56,627 nucleotides of DNA, taken from NCBI GenBank assembly GCA_003220595.1, contig QHSZ01000022.1, positions 1-56,627 on the forward strand, read 5' to 3'. Both the position numbers and the translations under genes were made by a program. The notes beneath the pieces were generated by a model. It saw only the letters and a list, made by a program, of their open reading frames with translations, did not search any database and was not told the origin of the DNA. Positions 49,569 through 56,627 of this stretch are shown here, one piece after another. The stretch is from Candidatus Rokuibacteriota bacterium. GTDB lineage: Bacteria; Methylomirabilota; Methylomirabilia; Rokubacteriales; CSP1-6. Positions within the stretch are counted from its first letter, which is position 1, and each line of letters begins with the position of its first letter.

Positions 49569-51463
49569 GGCTCGCGTCGCTCCGGGCGAAGCTCCTCTGG
49601 GGCACGATCCTCGTGATCACGCTCGTGATGACGGGCGTCTTCGTCGTGGTCGACCATCGCCAGGGCGTCGCGATCGTCGACGAGTTCCAGCGGCGTGGCG
49701 AGGTGCTGGCGCGGAACCTCGCGGCGATCTCCTACGGCCCGCTGCTCCTCTACAACTACACGGCGCTCGAGCAGAACGTCACGCAGGCCGCCGCCGAGGA
49801 CGACGTGCGCTACGCGCTCGTCCTCGACGCCGACGGCAAGGTGGCCGTCCACAGCGGCCACCCCGAGCGTGTGGGGAGCGCGATGGAGGGCGCGGTGCCT
49901 GCGCGCGCCGCCGCCGCGGGCGAGCCGCTGATCCAGGAGTCTGTCACGTCGCGGGGCGAGTCCATCTATGACTTCGCTGTGCCGGTGCGGGTGGAGGGCC
50001 GCAAGTGGGGCACGATCCGTGTGGGCCTCTCCAAGCAGCGCATGGACGCCGAGATCCGGAAGACCCGCCTGGAGCTGGGCGCGCTCACCCTCGTCACCCT
50101 GTTGCTGGGCTGCGGCGCGGCCGCCGTGATGGCGCGGCGGATCGCCCGCCCCGTGCAGCAGCTCGCCGAGGGCGCCGCGGCGCTCTCGCGGGGCGAGGCC
50201 GCCCCGCGCATCGAGGCTTCGACCTCCGACGAGATCGGGCGGCTCGCGGCCGCGTTCAATCACATGGCGGTGGAGCTCGCCGAGCGGCGGCGCGCGCTCG
50301 AGGAGGCGCACCACGAGCTGCAGCGGCAGTTCGTCGAGCTGGCCGACCTCAAGAGCTACACGGACAACATCCTGGGCTCGCTCGCGAACGGGATCGTCAC
50401 CGTGGGCCTCGACGGGCGCGTCGTGACGCTCAACCCCGCCGCGGAGCTCCTCACGGGGTTCTTCAAAGGGGAGGTGTCCGGCCGGTACTGCAGCGAGATC
50501 TTCGCCCACACGCCGGCGATCTCCGACATTCTCATGGAGACCCTGGCGAGCCGCGCGCCGATCACCGGCGTCAACTTGACGCTCCGCCGGCGGAACGGCA
50601 GCGCGATGCCGGTCGAGTTCAGCACGGCGCCGCTCAAGGGCGGCGAGGGCAAGGACGTCGGCGTCATCGGCGTGTTGCGCGATCTCACGCTGGTCCGGCG
50701 GCTCGAGAGCGACCTGCGCCGCTCGGACCGGCTCGCCGCGCTCGGCACGCTCGCGGCCGGCCTCGCCCACGAGATCAAGAACCCACTGACCGCACTGGTC
50801 ACGTTCAGCCGTCACCTCGAGCGGAAGTTCGACGACGTCCGCTTCCGCGAGAGGTTCCAGAGCGTCGTGCCGCACGAGCTGGAGCGGATCAACGCGATCG
50901 TCGAGCGCCTGCTCGAGCTCGCCCGCCCGGCGCGGATGAACGTCGCCCTCGTGCGCCTGCCCGGGCTCCTCGACCGCGTGGCGGAACTCTACGCGAACCA
51001 GATCGAGGCCCAGCAGATCGAGGTCGTGCGCGAATACGGGCGCGACGTGCCCCCGATCCAGGCCGACCAGGAGGGGCTCTACCGGGTCGTCGTGAACCTC
51101 GTGGCGAACGCCCTCGACGCGATGCCCGCCGGCGGCAGCCTCACCCTGCGCGCCGGCTGGAGCGAGAGCGGCAGCCAGCCCACGCCCTGGCGCCGGCGCT
51201 CGCCGGACCGGCGCGTGCGGATCGAGGTCGAGGACACTGGCGATGGCATCCCGGCGTCCGAGAGCGACCGCATCTTCAATCCCTTCTACACGACGAAAGA
51301 GGGCGGCACGGGGATCGGTCTTGCCCTCGCGCACAAGATCGTCGAGGACCACGGTGGCACGATCAACTTCAGGAGCGGTCGGGGCCCCGGGACCGTGTTC
51401 ACCGTCGTGCTGCCCCTCATCCCGGAGCCGTCGGCCGGCGCCGGCGACGACGCCCCGCGCTGA
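49565..51463 (+). CDS. Membrane sensor histidine kinase (TM, periplasmic domain, TM, HAMP, PAS, HisKA, HATPase)
   Basis: The ATG overlaps the binding-protein stop (ATGA). Two TM segments bracket a periplasmic domain of about 160 aa. HAMP segment (RPVQQLAEGAAALSRGE), PAS, H-box AHEIKNPL, and G-boxes DTGDGI and GTGIGL. Confidence 0.9.
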   Translation: MRLASLRAKLLWGTILVITLVMTGVFVVVDHRQGVAIVDEFQRRGEVLARNLAAISYGPLLLYNYTALEQNVTQAAAEDDVRYALVLDADGKVAVHSGHPERVGSAMEGAVPARAAAAGEPLIQESVTSRGESIYDFAVPVRVEGRKWGTIRVGLSKQRMDAEIRKTRLELGALTLVTLLLGCGAAAVMARRIARPVQQLAEGAAALSRGEAAPRIEASTSDEIGRLAAAFNHMAVELAERRRALEEAHHELQRQFVELADLKSYTDNILGSLANGIVTVGLDGRVVTLNPAAELLTGFFKGEVSGRYCSEIFAHTPAISDILMETLASRAPITGVNLTLRRRNGSAMPVEFSTAPLKGGEGKDVGVIGVLRDLTLVRRLESDLRRSDRLAALGTLAAGLAHEIKNPLTALVTFSRHLERKFDDVRFRERFQSVVPHELERINAIVERLLELARPARMNVALVRLPGLLDRVAELYANQIEAQQIEVVREYGRDVPPIQADQEGLYRVVVNLVANALDAMPAGGSLTLRAGWSESGSQPTPWRRRSPDRRVRIEVEDTGDGIPASESDRIFNPFYTTKEGGTGIGLALAHKIVEDHGGTINFRSGRGPGTVFTVVLPLIPEPSAGAGDDAPR

Positions 51464-51493
51464 CGCCCCTCGACGGCGCGAAGTGACCGGGCG

Positions 51494-52468
51494 CTACGGG
51501 TTCAGGCGGCGGCGGAGGAAGCCCAGCAGGCCCTGCGGGACGAACATGACCATCAGCGTGAAGATGATGCCGACCGGGATCAGGTAGTACTCGGTGAAGA
51601 AGCGCGAGAGGCCCTCGCGCAGGAGCAGGAAGAAGGCCGCACCCGCGAACGGCCCCACCAGCGTTCCCATCCCGCCCATCACGTTGAAGATCACGACCTC
51701 GCCCGACACGACGAAGAAGACGAAGTCGGGCGCCGCGAACTTGTTCTGGATGGCGTACAGCACGCCGGCCAGCCCGGCGAAGAGCCCGGACAGCATGACC
51801 GCCACGATCTTGTAGCGCTCGACGTGATAGCCGATCGCGCGCGTGCGCGGCTCGTTCTCGCGGATGGATTGAAGCACCATGCCGAATGGAGACTGGGTGA
51901 TGCGACGGACGAGCAGGTAGGAGACCACGACCATCCCCAGCACGAACCAGTGAAAGGTCGCGGGCGTGAAGCGGTCGCTCCAGAGGCCAGGGATCGCCAG
52001 ACGCGGCTGGCTGAAGGTGAGGCCGTTCTCGCCTCCCGTGACCTCCGTCCAGGTGAAGATGATGACGTAAAAGATTTGCGAGAAGACGAGGGTCGAGATC
52101 GCGAAGTAGATGTCGCGCAGGCGGGTCGCAAAGTAGGCGACGAAGACGGCCGCGCCGCCGGCGGCGACGAGGCCGTAGAGCACGGCCAGCCAGAGGCTCG
52201 GCGGTGTTACCGTAAGAAGCGCGGCGGCCGCGCCGTACATGCCGAGGCCGAAGAACGCCGAGTGCCCGAACGAGACCATGCCGGTGTAGCCGATGAGGAT
52301 GTCGGAGGACATCGCCAGGAGCCCCCAGACCAAGATCTCCGTGGCAAAGCGCTGCCAGAACGGCGGGAGCACGAGCGGGGCGGCGACCAGGAGGATGCCC
52401 ACGACGGTGAACCCGATCCAGTAGCCGACGGCGGGTGGCGTGGGCCGCGCGGCCGGCCGGGCGGTCAT
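51494..52468 (-). CDS. Liv-type ABC transporter permease (LivM-like)
   Basis: C-terminal 324 codons of ORF 51494..52990. ATG 52468 overlaps the upstream stop (ATGA). Polytopic, with GYTGMVSFGHSAFFGLGMY. Confidence 0.85.
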   Translation of the reverse strand: MTARPAARPTPPAVGYWIGFTVVGILLVAAPLVLPPFWQRFATEILVWGLLAMSSDILIGYTGMVSFGHSAFFGLGMYGAAAALLTVTPPSLWLAVLYGLVAAGGAAVFVAYFATRLRDIYFAISTLVFSQIFYVIIFTWTEVTGGENGLTFSQPRLAIPGLWSDRFTPATFHWFVLGMVVVSYLLVRRITQSPFGMVLQSIRENEPRTRAIGYHVERYKIVAVMLSGLFAGLAGVLYAIQNKFAAPDFVFFVVSGEVVIFNVMGGMGTLVGPFAGAAFFLLLREGLSRFFTEYYLIPVGIIFTLMVMFVPQGLLGFLRRRLNP

Positions 52469-53325
52469 TTGGGCGTCGGGACGAAGAGCCCGGTGGGGCG
52501 GAAGAGCATCGTCAGGACCAGCACCACGAACGAGACGATCACCGCCTGGGCGGGGCTCACGACGATCGCAGCGTAGGCCTCCAGCAGGCTGACGAAGATC
52601 GAGGCCAGGATCGAGCCGCCGAGGTTCCCCATGCCGCCGACGACGACCACGATGAACGCGCGGAGCGTGAAGTCGAAGCCCATCGTCTGGGTCACCCCGG
52701 CGAACGGGCCGAAGAGCACGCCGCTCGCCGCCGCCATCGCCGAGCCGATGGCGAACACCGCCGTGTAGACCAGCGGCACCGGGATCCCCATGGCCTGAGC
52801 CATCACGCGATCCTGGGTCGTGGCGCGGATCCAGATACCGTACTTGCCGTACTTCAGGAACAGCCACAGGCCGCCGAGAATCAGGCCGGCCAGGAGGGCC
52901 GTGGCGATGCGGTACCAGGGGTACTGGAGGTGGAAGAGCGTGAACTCCCCGGGCACCGGCTCGCTGATCCTGCGCACCGACGGGCCCCACTGCCAGAGCG
53001 CGTACTGCTGGAGCACGAGCGAGATGCCGAACGTGGCGAGGATCGTAGTCAGCGGGTCGCGCCCGATGAGCGGCCGTAGCGTCGTCACTTGAAGGAGGGC
53101 GCCGAGCACTGCGACAGCGATCGCCGCGGCAACCAGCGCGAGCCAGTAGTTCCCGGTCACGCCCAGCACGCTGGCGCCGACGAACGCGCCGAGCATGAGC
53201 AAATCGCCGTGGGCGAAGTTGACGATGTCCATGATCCCGAAGATGAGCGTGAGGCCCGAGGCCACCATCGCCAGCACCATGCCGTTGACGAGGCCGTGGA
53301 GCGTCTGGATGATGATCTGCTCCAT
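52465..53325 (-). CDS. Liv-type ABC transporter permease (LivH-like)
   Basis: 286 aa. GLVNGMVLAMVASGLTLIFGIMDIVNFAHGD is a LivH-type N-terminus. Confidence 0.9.
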   Translation of the reverse strand: MEQIIIQTLHGLVNGMVLAMVASGLTLIFGIMDIVNFAHGDLLMLGAFVGASVLGVTGNYWLALVAAAIAVAVLGALLQVTTLRPLIGRDPLTTILATFGISLVLQQYALWQWGPSVRRISEPVPGEFTLFHLQYPWYRIATALLAGLILGGLWLFLKYGKYGIWIRATTQDRVMAQAMGIPVPLVYTAVFAIGSAMAAASGVLFGPFAGVTQTMGFDFTLRAFIVVVVGGMGNLGGSILASIFVSLLEAYAAIVVSPAQAVIVSFVVLVLTMLFRPTGLFVPTPK

Positions 53326-53326
53326 G

Positions 53327-54034
53327 TCAGACCCCGAGGTACTCGTGGATGACGCGCGGGTCGGCGCGCAGGTCGGCCGCCGACGCGTGGTGCCGCACGG
53401 CGCCCTTCTCCATGATGTAGACGCGCCCCGCCGCGTCGAGCGTCAGCGGGACGTTCTGCTCGACGAGCAGGATGGCTACCCCGTCCCGGTGGAGCACGTG
53501 CACGATCTCCTGGATCTGGGCGACCATCCGGGGCATGAGCCCCTCGGTGGGCTCGTCGAGCAGGATGATCTTCGGCTCGAGCACCATCGCGCGCGCGATC
53601 GCGAGCATCTGCTGCTCGCCGCCCGACAGCGTCCCGCCGGCCTGGTGGCGTCGCTCTCTCAGGATCGGGAAGTAGCGGTAGATCTTCTCGAGGAGCCGCT
53701 CGCGGCGCACCGGCGTGGTCCCGGGACGGTCGAGGCCCGTGCGAAGGTTTTCGAGCACCGTCAGCAGACGGAAGATCCGTCGCTCCTCCGGCACCCACGC
53801 GATCCCGAGCCCGGCCAGCCCGTGGGGTGCCACGCCGCCGAGGTCCCGCCCCTCGAACGCAATGCGGCCGCCCGTCCGGCGCACCAGTCCCATGATCGCC
53901 TTGAGCGTGGTGGTCTTGCCGACGCCGTTCCGACCGAGCAGACCGACCACCTCGCCCTCGCGCACCTCGATCGATACGCCGTGGAGCACGTGCGACTTGC
54001 CGTAGTGGGCGTCGACGTTTTCGAGGACGAGCAT
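53327..54034 (-). CDS. Liv-type ABC transporter ATP-binding protein (LivF-like)
   Basis: GRNGVGKTT, LSGGEQQMLAIARAM and ILLDEPTEGL. Confidence 0.9.
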   Translation of the reverse strand: MLVLENVDAHYGKSHVLHGVSIEVREGEVVGLLGRNGVGKTTTLKAIMGLVRRTGGRIAFEGRDLGGVAPHGLAGLGIAWVPEERRIFRLLTVLENLRTGLDRPGTTPVRRERLLEKIYRYFPILRERRHQAGGTLSGGEQQMLAIARAMVLEPKIILLDEPTEGLMPRMVAQIQEIVHVLHRDGVAILLVEQNVPLTLDAAGRVYIMEKGAVRHHASAADLRADPRVIHEYLGV

Positions 54035-54861
54035 CAGGTCTTGAGATAGACCTCCTGCACCCGGGGATTGGCCTGGATCTCGGCCGGCGTGCCGTCGGCC
54101 AGCACCTCCCCGTAGTTCAGCACCGTGATCGTGCGGGCCAGGCCCATCACGACCTCCATGTCGTGCTCCACGATGAGGATCGTGAGGTCACGGGCGATGC
54201 GGCGGATCAGGTCCACGGTCGCGTGGGTCTCGGCCACGCTCATGCCGGCCGTCGGCTCGTCGAGGCACAGGAGCTTCGGCTCCGTGGCGAGCGCGATACC
54301 GATCTCGAGGTTGCGCTGCTCGCCGTGCGAGAGGTTCGCCGCCAGCTCCTCCTCCTTGCCGGCGAGACCGACGTCGGCGAGGACGGCGCGCGCGCTGTCG
54401 ATGACGTCAGCGTACGCCCGGTGGTGACGCAGCATGCTCCAGTTGTGGTGGCGGGACTGGCTGGCGATCCGGACATTTTCGAGGACCGTGGCGCCCGGCA
54501 GGATGTTGGTGATCTGGTAGGAGCGCGCGATCGCCTTCCGGGAGATGGTGTGGGGAGGCAGGCCCGCGATGTCCTCGCCGTTGAAAATGATCCGTCCACT
54601 CGTCGGCCGGAGCACGCCAGTCAGGCAGTTGAAGAAGGTGGATTTGCCCGCGCCGTTAGGGCCGATGATCCCGCGGATCTCACCCGCGGGCACGGTGAGG
54701 GACACGTTGTTGAGGGCCGCCAGCCCGCCGAAGCGAACCGTCAGCCCCTCGGTTTTTAGTATCGACAACGGTGCGGTCAGAGTGGGCACGCCCTGGAGGG
54801 GATCGAGGAGCGCCCCGGGCTCCCCGGGGCGCTCCGAGCGTCGGCGGGTATGGGTGGCCAT
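54034..54861 (-). CDS. Liv-type ABC transporter ATP-binding protein (LivG-like)
   Basis: GPNGAGKST, LSHGEQRNLEIGIAL and LCLDEPTAGM. The N-terminal 25 codons are poorly supported, so the start is uncertain. Confidence 0.85.
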   Translation of the reverse strand: MATHTRRRSERPGEPGALLDPLQGVPTLTAPLSILKTEGLTVRFGGLAALNNVSLTVPAGEIRGIIGPNGAGKSTFFNCLTGVLRPTSGRIIFNGEDIAGLPPHTISRKAIARSYQITNILPGATVLENVRIASQSRHHNWSMLRHHRAYADVIDSARAVLADVGLAGKEEELAANLSHGEQRNLEIGIALATEPKLLCLDEPTAGMSVAETHATVDLIRRIARDLTILIVEHDMEVVMGLARTITVLNYGEVLADGTPAEIQANPRVQEVYLKT

Positions 54862-54879
54862 GTCGAGGCCCCCATGTCC

Positions 54880-56184
54880 CTAAACGAACTTGCAGGCCGG
54901 CGGGACGACCGTCTTCTCCTTGGACACCACCTCCACGATCTTGTGCTTGTTGTTCTGGATCGTGAAGATGAACTCGCGGAGGAACGCCTGATGGTCTTCC
55001 TTCCGCAGGGTCTTGTCGCCCTGCGGGAAGTCGTCGCCTTCCTTGACCTCCATGCCCTCGAGGGCCTCGATCAGCTTCATCGTGTCTTCCCGACCACGGA
55101 ACCCGGACCTCTGGATGCCGAGCTTCAGGAAATTCATGGCCTCGAAGTTCGATTGCACGTAGCGGTCCGGCAGCGGGCCCGACGGATCGATCTGCTTGAG
55201 AGCGGCGACGGCCTGGTCGAAGAATTTCCGGTGGTGCGGCGTGTTCAGCGGCGGGTCGAGCACAGGGACGTAGCGGTTGATGCCGACGAATCCCTCGATC
55301 TTCTGGCCCAGCGCGGGCAGGTGCGTGGACTCGGCGATGGCGCCGTCGCCCGCGAACTTGTACTTCTTGGTGAGCCCGAGGTCGTAGATCGCGCTCGTGA
55401 AGTTGACGGCGTTCGCGCCGAAGAAGATGCCGAAGATGCCGTCGAAGCTTCCGCTGATCTTCGAGACGAACGGCGCCATGTCGGCAGTGCCCAGTGGGAT
55501 GCCCGTGGTGCCGACGATCTCGCCGCCGTTCTTCTTGATCTGCTCGATGTAGGCGTCGCGCGTGGACTGGCCCCATGCGTAGTCGAGGAAGGCGATGTGC
55601 CACTTCTTGCCCATCTTCTCGACGAGGTACGGAGAGATCGCGACGGCCTGGGCCGGGGCATAGTCGAAGGGCCGGAAGACGAAACGGCTGCACTTGGTCG
55701 TCGTGATCGTGGTGTCCAGGCAGACCCCGATCATCCAGACGGTTCGGTGCTCCTCGAAGACCGGCATGCAGGCCAGGCAGACGTTGGAGAGATAGCCGCC
55801 CTCGGCGATGTCGACCTTGTCCTCGAGCACGAGCTTCTCGGCTTTGCGGCGGCCCACGTCGGGCTTCGACTCGTAGTCGGCGATCACCAGCTCGATGGGG
55901 CGACCGTTGAGCCCGCCCGACCTGTTGATGCGGTCGACGGCCATCTGGGTACCGACCAGCGCGGTCTTGCCGCCGGCCGCGGCCGTGCCGGAGAGCGGTT
56001 GGAGCACCCCGACCTTGTACGGCCTGGCTTGCCCGAACGCCGCGCGCCACGGCGCCGGGACGAGCATCGTCGCGCCGACGGCGCCGGCGGCGGCCGTCCC
56101 GAGCCCGAGGAACGTGCGGCGCGTCGTCTTGCCGCTCCACCACATGTCCTTCGCCCAGGGTTCGTCCTGCCACCGCTCGGTCAT
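54880..56184 (-). CDS. Liv/amide-type periplasmic substrate-binding protein with a twin-arginine signal
   Basis: Trimmed to ATG 56184, preceded by GAGGGAGGA. TRRTFLGLGTAAAGAVGATMLVPAPWRAAFG is a Tat-type signal. The mature part (YKVGVLQPLSGTAAAGGK) resembles the Leu/Ile/Val-binding family. Confidence 0.85.
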   Translation of the reverse strand: MTERWQDEPWAKDMWWSGKTTRRTFLGLGTAAAGAVGATMLVPAPWRAAFGQARPYKVGVLQPLSGTAAAGGKTALVGTQMAVDRINRSGGLNGRPIELVIADYESKPDVGRRKAEKLVLEDKVDIAEGGYLSNVCLACMPVFEEHRTVWMIGVCLDTTITTTKCSRFVFRPFDYAPAQAVAISPYLVEKMGKKWHIAFLDYAWGQSTRDAYIEQIKKNGGEIVGTTGIPLGTADMAPFVSKISGSFDGIFGIFFGANAVNFTSAIYDLGLTKKYKFAGDGAIAESTHLPALGQKIEGFVGINRYVPVLDPPLNTPHHRKFFDQAVAALKQIDPSGPLPDRYVQSNFEAMNFLKLGIQRSGFRGREDTMKLIEALEGMEVKEGDDFPQGDKTLRKEDHQAFLREFIFTIQNNKHKIVEVVSKEKTVVPPACKFV

Positions 56185-56240
56185 CGGATCCTCCCTCGAC
56201 GCACGCGGATGCGTCGTTTCACGCACAAGGATTGCTCTTT

Positions 56241-56258
56241 ATAGACTACATAGACTAC
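56241..56258. repeat. Perfect tandem 9-bp direct repeat ATAGACTAC x2 in the promoter region of the second ABC operon
   Basis: ATAGACTACATAGACTAC is read directly. On the coding strand it is GTAGTCTAT x2, overlapping a possible -10 (TATGTA or TATAAA). It is AT-rich relative to the surrounding sequence. Confidence 0.5.
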
Positions 56259-56287
56259 CCGATCTGACCGCGCAAGAGCTCCCCGGC

Positions 56288-56627
56288 CTAGAGGGTGCCC
56301 GGGTACCCTCCGCCGTCGATCAGGAAGTTCTGACCCGTCATGAAACCGGCCTGGGCGCTGCAGACGAACGCGCAGAGGTCGCCGAACTCCGCGGGATCGC
56401 CGAAGCGCCCGGAGGGGTTCGCCCGGTGGCGGTCGCTGACGACCTCCTCGATGGTCCGGCCACTGGTCTTCGCCTGGATGGCGATCGTCGAGCGCAGGCG
56501 GTCGGTGTCGAACGGACCGGGGAGCAGGTTGTTGATCGTGACGTTGTGGCCGACGGTCTTGCGCGCGAGCCCGGCGACGAAGCCCGTGAGCCCGGTGCGC
56601 GCGCCGTTCGAGAGCCCGAGGATGTCG
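56288..56627 (-). CDS. Short-chain dehydrogenase/reductase (SDR), C-terminal part only; the 5' end lies beyond the window
   Basis: Not in the ORF track. Reverse translation reads ...VTINNLLPGPFDTDRLRSTIA...AFVCSAQAGFMTGQNFLIDGGGYPGTL*, a typical SDR C-terminus. The TAG stop is at 56290..56288. Confidence 0.7.
   Translation of the reverse strand, partial: DILGLSNGARTGLTGFVAGLARKTVGHNVTINNLLPGPFDTDRLRSTIAIQAKTSGRTIEEVVSDRHRANPSGRFGDPAEFGDLCAFVCSAQAGFMTGQNFLIDGGGYPGTL

Overview
This is a 56.6-kb, very GC-rich and densely packed bacterial chromosomal segment. Third codon positions are almost all G/C, so every strand carries long spurious ORFs. I support about 57 protein genes, two of them truncated at the window edges. 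By eye I found no rRNA, tRNA, CRISPR array, transposase or integrase. All calls rest on motif and family recognition from the translated ORFs, because no database search was possible.

Gene content from left to right:
- An amino-acid-type block on the minus strand: FAD oxidoreductase, ornithine cyclodeaminase, MaoC dehydratase and two tandem GT-C membrane glycosyltransferases. It lies downstream of a livJHMGF branched-chain amino-acid ABC operon.
- thiE, accC, a TPR/HExxH peptidase inserted between accC and accB, then accB, efp, a TPR protein, aroB and aroC.
- A nearly complete type IVa pilus supercluster in Myxococcus-like order, all on the minus strand: mazG, macro, pilB, pilT, pilC, pilS, pilR, pilA, GT-C/TPR, pilD, fimT-like, pilV-like, pilX-like, pilM, pilN, pilO, pilP, pilQ. 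pilQ is translationally coupled to aroC.
- A plus-strand heat-shock operon hsp20-dnaK-dnaJ(like)-hspR-lon.
- An SLT transglycosylase, an isochorismatase-family hydrolase and comM.
- A sigma-54 signalling cassette: an enhancer-binding response regulator, NtrC-consensus palindromes, a -24/-12 promoter, a 43-codon ORF, an orphan family-5 solute-binding protein and a membrane histidine kinase.
- A second Liv-type ABC operon with a Tat-signal binding protein, and a truncated SDR gene.

Start/stop overlaps (ATGA, GTGA, TAATG, TGATG) are pervasive, which indicates long translationally coupled operons.

The most unusual item is the self-contained sigma-54 cassette with its small, strongly coding-like ORF and orphan binding protein. 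Other items worth a second look:
- a cysteine-free pilin next to a TMTC-like GT-C/TPR protein;
- a DnaJ paralogue whose HPD motif reads SPD;
- the interrupted accB-accC pair.
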